From NCBI GenBank assembly GCA_030529225.1, contig JAUMXH010000005.1, forward strand, positions 38,790 to 102,789: a DNA stretch of 64,000 nucleotides, given 5' to 3'. Made by a program: the position numbers and the translations under genes. Every line of letters starts with the position of its first letter. Within the stretch, counting starts at the first letter, position 1. Source of the DNA: Bacillota bacterium. GTDB taxonomy: Bacteria > Bacillota > Clostridia > Peptostreptococcales > Acidaminobacteraceae. Shown here piece after piece: positions 41,737-50,945 of the stretch. A model generated the notes under the pieces. The model saw only the letters and a program-made list of their open reading frames with translations, was not told where the DNA came from and searched no databases.

Positions 41737-43539
41737 CTAGAGTTCGTATTTGCTCTTCAGGTAGTTAAAGACCTTGTTCGTCTCTGCATTATCGAGCGCA
41801 TACGACTTGTTCCAGGTCGGCTTGAACGGCTTGGCCTTGTAGGCGATAATCTCCTTGATTCTCATCCCGTTTGATCCTCCCAGGTAGATTGGGCTCGCGG
41901 GGTCGAGCGGCAAAGGCGCCTTGTTGCCCAGCGAATCGAACCAGTTGTTATCGACCGCAAAGAAGTGCTCCCTGATTTTCACACCTGCGCCGACGGTTCG
42001 CTGAATCCGAAGCATCACGATGTGAACGTCGCGAGAGGTATCGCCCCTGGTTTCCATCGAAACTTCTCTTCCGCCACCCTGGTTGACCGAAAGTTTAAAC
42101 TTGCTGCCACCCAGGTAGGAAATTTGAAAGTCTCCGGGATTGCTCCCGCTCCTCAAGAGGGAGCCGGGGCTCGCATTCTTGGCATCCACAACCATGAACA
42201 AGTCCAGGTTGGTATCATCTGCATTGTCATCGTCCGGGACCTTTCGGGCGGAGACAAACTGCAAGCCGTTTTGATCGGCACCCGAAACCATAGCGGACGA
42301 CTCCAGTTCAATGTACTCCCCGTATTCGGCGCCGCGATAGACATTGATTTCCTTGGTCGAATCGACCGGCTTCAAAGTCCTGTCAATCAGCCAATCCTTG
42401 TAGACGCTCTTACTGAGGTCACGAATTCCCTTGCTTTTCTCCTGGGTTCTGCCGTCCGGCAGCTTGCTCGGAAACTCGGTCTGGGCAAGCGAGACATCAA
42501 AGTGGTATAGGAGTTTCTCGGTCACCGGCAGGGTGATGACCCAAATCGCATCGGCTCTGACCGGGCTCAGTTTGACCATGTTCCTGGGAACGGGCTCCAC
42601 GCTGAATCGGAGGTAGCCGTCATGGGTAATCTTCTCACTCGTCGGCTTGTAGAACTTGTTGTTTCGTTTTAAGTTTTTATAGAGCGACGAGCCGTACGGA
42701 TAGATGCCCTGGGCAACGTCCTCACTGATAAAGATACTCGCCCCGTTCTTATAGTTATCTCCTTTTCGGGATGCCGGAAGGTCCGAAGGCAAGATCGGCG
42801 TGTTTGCCGGCTTCAGAGAATTGATCGGATAGAAGAAGTTTCCGTCCTTATCCTTTCGGTTGGCCAGTTCCCACGAATACTTTTCAAAGAAGAGATACTG
42901 CTGGGTTTCGGGCGTTATCTTAAAGCCCGCGAGCAGGGTATTGCCTGCGACGATGTTGTTCAAGTAGGTGTAGTCGGTCGCGTATCCGTCATCCGATGCC
43001 CTTCTCTTCTCCAAAATTTTGACGTACTCGTACTCCGGAGCCAGGAGCTCCTTCTTTTGGTCGTTGGCAACAAAGTACACGTAGTAGTTCTCTATATCAA
43101 TGCCGCGGTCGAGGATTCTCTCGTCCTCCGGTGACAAAATCGACGCTTCGTCGTTTGAGGTGGTACCCACATTGATTTCCTTCGTGATGTAGTAGCCGTC
43201 CACCCTGGTGCGGAGTGTAGGATTCGAAGTAAAGAGGTCAAAGGGTTTGACATACTTCACGTCGCCGTGCTTGTTCAGCACCTTGTTTTCGATTTCATTT
43301 CGAACCGAAATCGGCAGCATATTGCCGCTCGTAATTTCGCGGTCCCCGATCATGGTCGCGGCCTTTTCCAACGACTCCACGCTGGCAAAGGACTTTTTGG
43401 TGATGAAAAACTCCGTTTTGGAATTCGAGTAGAGACTGACCATCGCAGAATAAAAGCCCAAGGTCAAAATCGAGAGCATAATCATTGCGAGGACTATCTC
43501 TATCAGCGTAAAGGCCCTTTTCTTTCTTAGCATTTTCAT
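41737..43539 (-). CDS. large (600 aa) pilin-like protein with class III signal peptide
   Basis: N-terminal KKRAFTLIEIVLAMIML prepilin motif (Ala at -1, Glu at +5), then a long soluble region; last gene of the pil operon. Confidence 0.6.
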   Translation of the reverse strand: MKMLRKKRAFTLIEIVLAMIMLSILTLGFYSAMVSLYSNSKTEFFITKKSFASVESLEKAATMIGDREITSGNMLPISVRNEIENKVLNKHGDVKYVKPFDLFTSNPTLRTRVDGYYITKEINVGTTSNDEASILSPEDERILDRGIDIENYYVYFVANDQKKELLAPEYEYVKILEKRRASDDGYATDYTYLNNIVAGNTLLAGFKITPETQQYLFFEKYSWELANRKDKDGNFFYPINSLKPANTPILPSDLPASRKGDNYKNGASIFISEDVAQGIYPYGSSLYKNLKRNNKFYKPTSEKITHDGYLRFSVEPVPRNMVKLSPVRADAIWVITLPVTEKLLYHFDVSLAQTEFPSKLPDGRTQEKSKGIRDLSKSVYKDWLIDRTLKPVDSTKEINVYRGAEYGEYIELESSAMVSGADQNGLQFVSARKVPDDDNADDTNLDLFMVVDAKNASPGSLLRSGSNPGDFQISYLGGSKFKLSVNQGGGREVSMETRGDTSRDVHIVMLRIQRTVGAGVKIREHFFAVDNNWFDSLGNKAPLPLDPASPIYLGGSNGMRIKEIIAYKAKPFKPTWNKSYALDNAETNKVFNYLKSKYEL

Positions 43540-43549
43540 ATCGCACCCC

Positions 43550-45049
43550 TTACGGTGTCACCCTCGGACCGGCATAGGTCCAGGCGTCAGTTAAAAAGTC
43601 GGCGGTAATGTATCCGATCGCTTCTTTCAGGTCGCTCTCCTGTCTCGCGTTGTAATACTTATTGTTCCCGTTGCCCATGCTGGCATTGATCTGTTTAAAC
43701 ACATTATCCTGGGTTGCGGAAAAGTCGCCTACGCTGATGACATAGGATTTTAAGCCCTGAATCGGCTCCGCGCCGGGACTGATCGGAGGCGTCGCGTTCG
43801 GATTTCCCGGCCTGTATTTTTCTCCCATCATGGTCGCATATTTTAAGTAGACCGGAGAAAAGTTATAGCCGTCAGGACACTTGAGAGAGGTTCCCGCAAC
43901 CTGGTCATACCCGGTATAATATTTGTAATAGAAGGTTTTTCTATCATACTTGTCATAGAGGGAGTAGTCATAATCAGAAGGAGGGGGTCCGCCCTTTTTG
44001 ACGAGCTCCGAGGTCGCCGTAGTCGGCAAACCGTCTGTCAAGAGCACCATGAATCTGGACTTCTCCTCGCCCGGATTTAAGGCCATGTTCTTCTTGATAC
44101 TTTCGCTGCCAATTCTCAAGCCGTCTCCGATGTTTGTGCTCGGTACCCTTCCCGGAACCGGTCGGTGCGGGTTCAACTTGTTGATGATTTGATGCACCTC
44201 TTCATAATCGCTCAAAATATTTCCGTAGTGCCACTTGTCCTTGCCCGCAAACGGTACCGTGTCGGCAAAAGAGCCGAAGTCGACGATACAGATATCCACC
44301 GGAAAGCCTTCCGCATACAGGACATCCACCATCTGGCGGAAAGCCCTTCTGGCCCCTTCCATACGGTTCACAGAACCGAAGGAGCTGTTCATGCTGCCCG
44401 AGACGTCCACGATGAAGGTTAAAGACGGGGTTCTGGCGGGCTTGACCTTTCCGTTCCGGATCGCAATCACGGTAGACGGGTTGGCGTCGGTTCCTCTGTC
44501 AACAACTGCTGCTGCTGTCAACACTTCGGTGGTGCTGCTCAAAGAGCGCTCTATCCCATAGCTCGCCTTACCGGTCAGCGAATAGTCGAGTTTTTTTTGC
44601 GAAATACCCGAATCTCCAGCCTTCTTAAAGGAAAGCTTGTACTCGATGTCATCGGTCCCTGAAGTCAGCACCGTCTCCTTCCATACGGGAGGAGCGGAAT
44701 CATTCGGATTCTCACACTCGAACATGCAGACATGGCCCGCATTCGGACCGCTCTGCACCACGCCGATATAGGTCCAAAGCCTGTCAAAGGGCTTGCCGTC
44801 CGGCGCCAAAAATTCGTTCTGCGGAATTGCAAAAATGGACTTGGATTTTTTTACCTTGGTCTCAATGGTCAGCATGGAGTCGCGCATGTCCGCTTGAAAA
44901 CGGTACTCATTACCCTGTTTCGCCTGTAATCTGACTGAATTGGCAAAAAAGGCGTAAACGCCCATGCTGAAAATACCCAAAATAATCATCACAATCACCA
45001 GTTCGGCGATGGTGAACGCATTCTTCTTCCAATTTACTTTTCTTTTCAT
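43550..45049 (-). CDS. modular minor pilin with von Willebrand factor A domain
   Basis: N-terminal KKNAFTIAELVIVMIIL prepilin motif; VWA/MIDAS segment (FIVDVSGSMNSS...TDG). Confidence 0.65.
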   Translation of the reverse strand: MKRKVNWKKNAFTIAELVIVMIILGIFSMGVYAFFANSVRLQAKQGNEYRFQADMRDSMLTIETKVKKSKSIFAIPQNEFLAPDGKPFDRLWTYIGVVQSGPNAGHVCMFECENPNDSAPPVWKETVLTSGTDDIEYKLSFKKAGDSGISQKKLDYSLTGKASYGIERSLSSTTEVLTAAAVVDRGTDANPSTVIAIRNGKVKPARTPSLTFIVDVSGSMNSSFGSVNRMEGARRAFRQMVDVLYAEGFPVDICIVDFGSFADTVPFAGKDKWHYGNILSDYEEVHQIINKLNPHRPVPGRVPSTNIGDGLRIGSESIKKNMALNPGEEKSRFMVLLTDGLPTTATSELVKKGGPPPSDYDYSLYDKYDRKTFYYKYYTGYDQVAGTSLKCPDGYNFSPVYLKYATMMGEKYRPGNPNATPPISPGAEPIQGLKSYVISVGDFSATQDNVFKQINASMGNGNNKYYNARQESDLKEAIGYITADFLTDAWTYAGPRVTP

Positions 45050-45057
45050 CGTATCAC

Positions 45058-45597
45058 CTACTCATAGAAGGAGTTAACCCCTTCCGGGTCTATGTATTTA
45101 ACCAGCTTGTATGTCTGTATCCTCGATCCCGAATCCCACTCGGCTTCCGAGGTAATCATCAGATAATCTACAAGGTCGGGTTTGGACATGGAAATCGCCT
45201 TGCTGTTAGTGATAAACTCCACCATCAGGTGAATTTTCAATTTTTCAGGCAGGAGTTCATTGTCTAAAATCGCGCTCGAACTCGAGTAAGAAGAATCCGC
45301 CTGCAACTTGGACCGGTCTATGGTGTCGGTCAGGATGATTGACGGGTCCGCCTGAAGGGCATTGTAAATTCGGTTGGTCGGCTCATTCACCGCCGCCTCC
45401 GCGATGTTCATGCCGGTTCTGGCATAGTAGTACATGCGCTTGGACTCCGTATTGGTCGCAACACTCCTGGTGTTGTTTTCAAAAAGGAGGAGCATGCCCG
45501 CAATAAACAACGAAATGACTATCATGATAATTATGATGACGAGCAGCGATGCACCCTCTCTTTTTGTTTGATTAAGTAAAAAATGATTCTTAAGCAT
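45058..45597 (-). CDS. PilX-like minor pilin/pilus assembly protein (non-canonical N-terminus)
   Basis: Hydrophobic N-terminal segment GASLLVIIIIMIVISLFIAGML that resembles a PilX N-terminal domain but has no G-F-T-L-I-E motif. Confidence 0.4.
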   Translation of the reverse strand: MLKNHFLLNQTKREGASLLVIIIIMIVISLFIAGMLLLFENNTRSVATNTESKRMYYYARTGMNIAEAAVNEPTNRIYNALQADPSIILTDTIDRSKLQADSSYSSSSAILDNELLPEKLKIHLMVEFITNSKAISMSKPDLVDYLMITSEAEWDSGSRIQTYKLVKYIDPEGVNSFYE

Positions 45598-45633
45598 AGC
45601 ATCCCCTTTTTCACTATCCGCTCAAGTTTATGT

Positions 45634-45670
45634 AATAAAAACAAGCGCTCAAAAATGAGCGGCTTGTTTT
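45634..45670 (-). terminator. partial terminator/attenuator downstream of the major pilin genes
   Basis: Minus-strand hairpin (aacaagccgctca–tttt–tgagcgcttgtt, one bulge) followed by ttttat. Sits between the distal pilin gene and the minor pilin genes. Confidence 0.4.
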
Positions 45671-45687
45671 CAAATCATACAAATTTA

Positions 45688-46149
45688 CTATTTTGTATTT
45701 AGAATTGTGTAAAGGTCTTCGCCTTCTTTAGTGCCCTTCAATTTTCCGCCTTCAACCTTCAAAGTTGCAGTCTTTCCGTCTGGTGAAAGAGTGTAAGTGT
45801 AGGTGTAAGCATCACTAGGGTTTCTGTACGCTTGTGTTTCCAAATAAGGTTTAAGGTTACCTAGGTTCTTAGTTTTAGCAACCTTTTGGCCTGCCGGTAC
45901 AGCCGGCTCTGTGAATCCTGCAGGTAGAGTATCTGTTGCAGGAGGGAATTTACCTGCGTTGTCCGCTTGGTAAACCATTACTGAAGACTTCATCGCTCTA
46001 AGGTTTGCCTTTGCAACCCCGTCCTGTGAGCTCTGCGTCACGTTTGCGTAGCTAAGTGCCGCGATTCCGGCCAATACACCGATGATAACAATAACGATTA
46101 CCAACTCAATTAGTGTAAAACCTTTTCTTCTCTTAATCTCTCTTTTCAT
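45688..46149 (-). CDS. type IV major pilin (paralogue 2)
   Basis: MKREIKRRKGFTLIELVIVIVIIGVLAG: Gly at -1 and Glu at +5; GGAGGA 5 nt upstream of the ATG at 46149. Confidence 0.75.
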   Translation of the reverse strand: MKREIKRRKGFTLIELVIVIVIIGVLAGIAALSYANVTQSSQDGVAKANLRAMKSSVMVYQADNAGKFPPATDTLPAGFTEPAVPAGQKVAKTKNLGNLKPYLETQAYRNPSDAYTYTYTLSPDGKTATLKVEGGKLKGTKEGEDLYTILNTK

Positions 46150-46236
46150 ACTATTCCTCCTTTGAATAATATTGTATAATGTCTCTTGTGGCGCCAAACC
46201 GTAGGCGTCACTATGTAATGGAGGGAAGCTAACGTC

Positions 46237-46668
46237 CTACTTAAAGGTGTAGCGGTTCTCCCCTTCTACCGGCGGCTCATCCAATTTTCCGCCACGCACC
46301 GTCAAGACGGCAGACCCTGAGGAATCCATTTCATACTTGTATGTATAGTCCTCTCCGGGCTCCTGAAAGGTTCGCTCTTCCAGGTATTGTTTAAAGTTGT
46401 CCAACCCTATGACGGCAGCATGCCCTTGCGCTGCCGCTTGGTTTCCGAGCGGCCGAGGATACGCCCCCTTGTGTTCAGACTGATAGAGACTAATTGCCGA
46501 TTTCATGGTTCTGAGGTTAGCCGTCGCTACCCCGTCCCTACTCTTAATCCCGGCTTGGTTCAGGTTGAGGGCCGCCAGTCCCGACAGGATGCCGATAATC
46601 ACGATGACGACTACCAGTTCAATCAGCGTAAACCCTCTTCTTTTTTTTGCGACTTTATACCCATCCAT
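46237..46668 (-). CDS. type IV major pilin (paralogue 1)
   Basis: MDGYKVAKKRRGFTLIELVVVIVIIGILSG class III signal; 143 aa; this is the promoter-proximal pilin. Confidence 0.75.
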   Translation of the reverse strand: MDGYKVAKKRRGFTLIELVVVIVIIGILSGLAALNLNQAGIKSRDGVATANLRTMKSAISLYQSEHKGAYPRPLGNQAAAQGHAAVIGLDNFKQYLEERTFQEPGEDYTYKYEMDSSGSAVLTVRGGKLDEPPVEGENRYTFK

Positions 46669-46758
46669 TCCGAATAGCTCCTCGTCTAAAGCGTTCTTCC
46701 TGTTTTCCGGCCCCTTAATTTATGTTCCAGGGACTTTATACCCATCTTCTCTGCCCAT

Positions 46759-46787
46759 ATTCTATCACAATCTTTATGCGTGCGCAA
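46759..46787 (-). promoter_or_regulatory. putative sigma-A promoter for the pilin genes
   Basis: Minus strand reads TTGCGC – 17 nt – TAGAAT with TGtga immediately upstream (extended -10); about 90 nt upstream of the first pilin ATG. Confidence 0.45.
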
Positions 46788-46832
46788 GAGAAATGTTTAA
46801 AAGTGTTTAGATATTTCTATTTTTTCATATTC

Positions 46833-48056
46833 TTACTGAAATGCCTTGAAGAGGTTCATCATCGGCCAAATCATCGCAATTACAATGAAACCGATTACAA
46901 TACCCATCACGACAATCATGACCGGTTCAATCAAGCCCACCATCTGGGTCAGGGCCGCCTCCAACTCGTCGTCATAAAAGTCCGAAGTCTTCTCGAGCAT
47001 GTTTTCCAAGGCTCCCGATTCCTCCCCGATTGATATCATGGACACCAGCATCGGCGGGAAGATGATGATGCGCTTGATTAGTACGCTCAAGCGGCTTCCT
47101 TTTTTAATATCTTCGGTGATCTCCTGAATCCCGTCTTCCACCACGGTGTTCCCGGTCACCCGGCCCGACATCTCCAAAGAAGCCAGGAGGGGAAGACCGC
47201 TCGTCAATAATGTCGACAGGGTTCGGGTAAATCTTGAGGTCGCAATTTTTTTTGTCAAGCCCTTGACTACAGGGACCCTTAATAAAAATCTGTCCCAGGC
47301 CCGCTTGCCGTTCTCGGTTTTCAGTATCGCTTTGAATCCGAAGATAAATCCTAATACTGCCGCCAGGATGATGTACCAATACTTTACAATGCCGTTACTC
47401 AAATCCAAAATGAACTGGGTGACCCACGGTAGAGGCACGCCGTTGCTTTGAAAAATCTCGACAAATTTGGGAATAATTTGAGTCAACATGATGATGACCA
47501 CGGTCACCGTCAAACCGGTCAGGAACTTCGGATAGACCAGGGCGCCTCGAATCTTCTTTTCTATTATATCTTCTTTTTTGTAGTGCTCCGCCATCTTGTG
47601 AAGCACATCGTCCTGGGTACCCGTCATCTCTCCGGTCTCCACCATAGAAATCAAGAGAGGCGGGAATACAGTGGGGTGCATCTTCATCGCGTAAGAGAAG
47701 CCGAAGCCCTTTTGTACCGACTGGAGCATGTCCCTCGTCACTTCTCGCAAAACCTTGTGTTCGAGCTGTTCCTGCATGACCACCAGGGCCTTAATCAACG
47801 GCATACCGGCCTTTAACATGGTGTGCATCTGCCGACAAAAGAGGGACAAATCCTTGGCCCTGACCTTCTTTTTAAAGAGCTGAATCTCCCCCTTGTCCGA
47901 ACCCTTCTCCCCCTTTTGGAAGGGACGAATCTCGATCGGCTTCTCGCCTCCCTGCATCAGGGCCGCGCGCGCCTCACTTGCGGATTCGGCCATGACTTCC
48001 TTTTCCATGACCTGGCCGTTCGGAGCGATGACCTTACATTTGAATTTTTGACTCAT
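46833..48056 (-). CDS. pilC: type IV pilus platform protein (GspF/PilC family)
   Basis: 407 aa with two GspF domains and three TM segments. Confidence 0.85.
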   Translation of the reverse strand: MSQKFKCKVIAPNGQVMEKEVMAESASEARAALMQGGEKPIEIRPFQKGEKGSDKGEIQLFKKKVRAKDLSLFCRQMHTMLKAGMPLIKALVVMQEQLEHKVLREVTRDMLQSVQKGFGFSYAMKMHPTVFPPLLISMVETGEMTGTQDDVLHKMAEHYKKEDIIEKKIRGALVYPKFLTGLTVTVVIIMLTQIIPKFVEIFQSNGVPLPWVTQFILDLSNGIVKYWYIILAAVLGFIFGFKAILKTENGKRAWDRFLLRVPVVKGLTKKIATSRFTRTLSTLLTSGLPLLASLEMSGRVTGNTVVEDGIQEITEDIKKGSRLSVLIKRIIIFPPMLVSMISIGEESGALENMLEKTSDFYDDELEAALTQMVGLIEPVMIVVMGIVIGFIVIAMIWPMMNLFKAFQ

Positions 48057-48068
48057 AGTTCACCCTCA

Positions 48069-49235
48069 TTAGTAACTTAGGTACTCCAACTGTTTCTTGA
48101 CATATTTGTGGTCCACGCAGTGTTTCAGAACCGTTGAACGATCCAGCTTGCCCATTCGGTATAGGGAAATCAGGTGGGCGTCCATGGTAATCATTCCGTC
48201 GGATTTTCCGGTCTGAATGATGGTCTGAATCTGGTGGGTCTTTCCTTCTCTGACCAGGTTGCGGGCCGCGTCGGTCGCAATCAGAACTTCATACGCAAGC
48301 ACCCTGCCGTTTCCTCCCTTGGCCGGAAGGAGCTGCTGGGAAATGATGCCCTGCAAAACGCTGGCGAGCTGTACCTTAATCTGTTGCTGGTGGTGCGGCG
48401 GGAATACGTCCACGATCCTGTCTATGGTACTGGCGGCACCTACGGTGTGCAGGGTCGAAAGCACCAAGTGACCGGTCTCTGCCGCCGTGAGGGCAGTCGC
48501 AACCGTCTCAAGGTCACGCATCTCACCGACCAGGATGACATCGGGGTCTTGTCTCAGAGAGGCTCTGAGCGCGTTCGCAAAGCTCCTCGAGTCACAGCCG
48601 ATCTCCCTCTGGTTGACCAGGGCCTGCTTGTGGGTGTGCAGGTACTCGATCGGGTCCTCTATGGTAATGATGTGGTTCTTATCCCTCGAGTTTATGATGT
48701 CTATCATAGAAGCGAGGGTGGTCGATTTACCGCTGCCGGTAGGGCCGGTCACCAAAATCAATCCCCGTTTCTTTTCACTCAAATTGTTCAAAATATCGGG
48801 CGCGCCGAGCTCTCTGAGGGTCGGAATCCTGTCCACGACCACCCGGAAGGCCAAGCCGAAGGAACCCCTCTGCTTGAAGGCGTTTACCCGGAATCTGGCA
48901 ATCCTTGAGAGAGAGAAGGAAAAGTCGACTTCCCCCTCCTCGTTCAGCTGATCCCACTGTTTTTTGTTCAAAACCACTTTACAGAGTCTGTAGGTGTCGT
49001 CCGGCGTCAAGAGCTGCTTGGTGATTCGTATCAAGTGGCCATTCACCCGCGAGGTAATCGGCGCACCCACCGTGATGTGCACGTCGGAAGCACCCATGGC
49101 AACAGCCTTTCCAAAGATTTCCGTAATTTGCAAATCTTTTTCGATGTTGTTGTCTTTTTTTATTCTGTTCTCCAAACTCTTCTCATGCACTTCGCTGTTG
49201 ACAAAGTGTTTTTCCGCAATCAGATTCCCTTTCAT
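48069..49235 (-). CDS. pilT: type IV pilus retraction ATPase PilT
   Basis: Walker A GPTGSGKSTT, Asp box, Walker B/His box (GEMRD) and PilT-sized length, with a ~40-aa N-terminal extension. Confidence 0.8.
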   Translation of the reverse strand: MKGNLIAEKHFVNSEVHEKSLENRIKKDNNIEKDLQITEIFGKAVAMGASDVHITVGAPITSRVNGHLIRITKQLLTPDDTYRLCKVVLNKKQWDQLNEEGEVDFSFSLSRIARFRVNAFKQRGSFGLAFRVVVDRIPTLRELGAPDILNNLSEKKRGLILVTGPTGSGKSTTLASMIDIINSRDKNHIITIEDPIEYLHTHKQALVNQREIGCDSRSFANALRASLRQDPDVILVGEMRDLETVATALTAAETGHLVLSTLHTVGAASTIDRIVDVFPPHHQQQIKVQLASVLQGIISQQLLPAKGGNGRVLAYEVLIATDAARNLVREGKTHQIQTIIQTGKSDGMITMDAHLISLYRMGKLDRSTVLKHCVDHKYVKKQLEYLSY

Positions 49236-49256
49236 GGATCCTCCTCAATGTCGGGT

Positions 49257-50936
49257 CTAGTCCTCCGCCTGGTACGCTACCCGAACCAACTCTTCCACTG
49301 TAGTCAAGCCCTGTTTTACGAGTTCCGCGCAGGATTCGTTCAAGGTCTTCATGCCGCCCTCGACCGCAGCCCTCTGCAGCTCTCCAATTCCGGCGTTCTT
49401 GCTCATCAGGTCCTTGATCTTATCATCGACGATCAGAACCTCGTGGATCCCGCATCTGCCTGCGTATCCGGTTCCGTTACAACCGTTGCAACCGCGGCCC
49501 CTCTTGAGCTTGACGAGCCGGTCCGGCTTCAGACCGAGCATTTTTTTCTCTTCTATTGTAGCCGTATAAATATAGGCACACTTTCTACAGATTCTTCTGA
49601 CCAAACGCTGCGCCAGAACCCCTTTTACCGCGGTCGAAACCATGAAGTGCTCTACTCCCATGTCGACCAAACGCGCCAAGGTACTCGCGGTGTCGTTGGT
49701 GTGCAGGGTAGACAGAACAAAGTGACCTGTAATCGCCGCACGAACCGCAATCTGTGCCGTTTCCGAGTCCCGAATCTCCCCGACCATCACGATGTCCGGG
49801 TCCTGTCTCAGGATGGAACGCAGTCCGCTCGCAAAGGTGAGTCCGGCCTTGTCGTTGGTTTGCACCTGGTTGATGCCGTCGATTCGATACTCAACCGGGT
49901 CCTCAACCGTGATGATGTTGGTTTCGATCGAGTTAAACTCTTTCAGTATCGTATATAGGGTAGTCGTCTTACCGCTACCTGTCGGCCCGGTCATCAGGAA
50001 GATGCCCTCCGGTGCCTTCAATATTTTATTCAGTCGTTCATTATTATAAGGAGAAAATCCGAGCTGCTCCCTGCTGAGAAGCGCCCCGCTCCTGTCCAGG
50101 ATACGGATAACAATCTTTTCCCCGTACACGGTAGGCAGGATGGATACCCGCATGTCGACCGGCTGTCCGTCAATCACCTGCTCGATCCTGCCGTCCTGCG
50201 GCACCCTTCTCTCCGAAATGTTCAGCGCCGCCATGATCTTGATTCTGGTTACAATCCCCGAGTGAGCCGCCTTTTCTGGAGACATCAGCTCGTTCAAAAC
50301 GCCGTCCACACGGATTCTGATCCTGACGTAGTGCTCAAAGGGTTCGATGTGAATGTCACTCGCCTTTGACCTGACCGACTCCAGAATGACCGTGTTGACC
50401 AGTCTGACAATCGGGCTGTTCGCCACATCGGCGGTCTCCCCGACCACAATATCCTGGGTTTCGTTCTGCTCGGCGAACCTTCTTGCCGCTTCCTTCGCCT
50501 CGTCGGTCGAGTCGTAGTACTTGTGAAGCGCCCTCTCGATATCAATATCGGAAGAAATAAAAGTCTTTACACTCAGTCCCGTCGCCACCTTCACGTCGTC
50601 GATCGCGATGACATCGAGCGGGTCGCTCATCGCCAGGTAGATGATGTTGTTCTCAAACCTGACGGGGATGATCATGTGGTGTTCCGCGAGCTTCTTTGAA
50701 ATCAGCTTGGGAACCTTCGGGTCTATGGTGCTCGAGTTCAGGTCGAAATACGGGATTGAGTACTGCATTTGAAGGACTTCAAACAGGTCTCTCTCCTGCA
50801 CAAATCCCATATCCATCAGAACCCTTCCCAGCTTTTTGTTGCTCGCCTTCTGTTTGTTCAAGGCCTCCATCAACTGTTCGTTTGAAATCAGACCGGTCTC
50901 GACCAGCATATCGCCGAGTCTTTTTTTCTTAGACAT
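49257..50936 (-). CDS. pilB: type IV pilus assembly ATPase PilB (GspE family)
   Basis: N-terminal T2SSE_N domain, Walker A GPTGSGKTTT and a C-terminal tetracysteine (CRKC...CNGC). Confidence 0.85.
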   Translation of the reverse strand: MSKKKRLGDMLVETGLISNEQLMEALNKQKASNKKLGRVLMDMGFVQERDLFEVLQMQYSIPYFDLNSSTIDPKVPKLISKKLAEHHMIIPVRFENNIIYLAMSDPLDVIAIDDVKVATGLSVKTFISSDIDIERALHKYYDSTDEAKEAARRFAEQNETQDIVVGETADVANSPIVRLVNTVILESVRSKASDIHIEPFEHYVRIRIRVDGVLNELMSPEKAAHSGIVTRIKIMAALNISERRVPQDGRIEQVIDGQPVDMRVSILPTVYGEKIVIRILDRSGALLSREQLGFSPYNNERLNKILKAPEGIFLMTGPTGSGKTTTLYTILKEFNSIETNIITVEDPVEYRIDGINQVQTNDKAGLTFASGLRSILRQDPDIVMVGEIRDSETAQIAVRAAITGHFVLSTLHTNDTASTLARLVDMGVEHFMVSTAVKGVLAQRLVRRICRKCAYIYTATIEEKKMLGLKPDRLVKLKRGRGCNGCNGTGYAGRCGIHEVLIVDDKIKDLMSKNAGIGELQRAAVEGGMKTLNESCAELVKQGLTTVEELVRVAYQAED

Positions 50937-50945
50937 GTAAACTCC

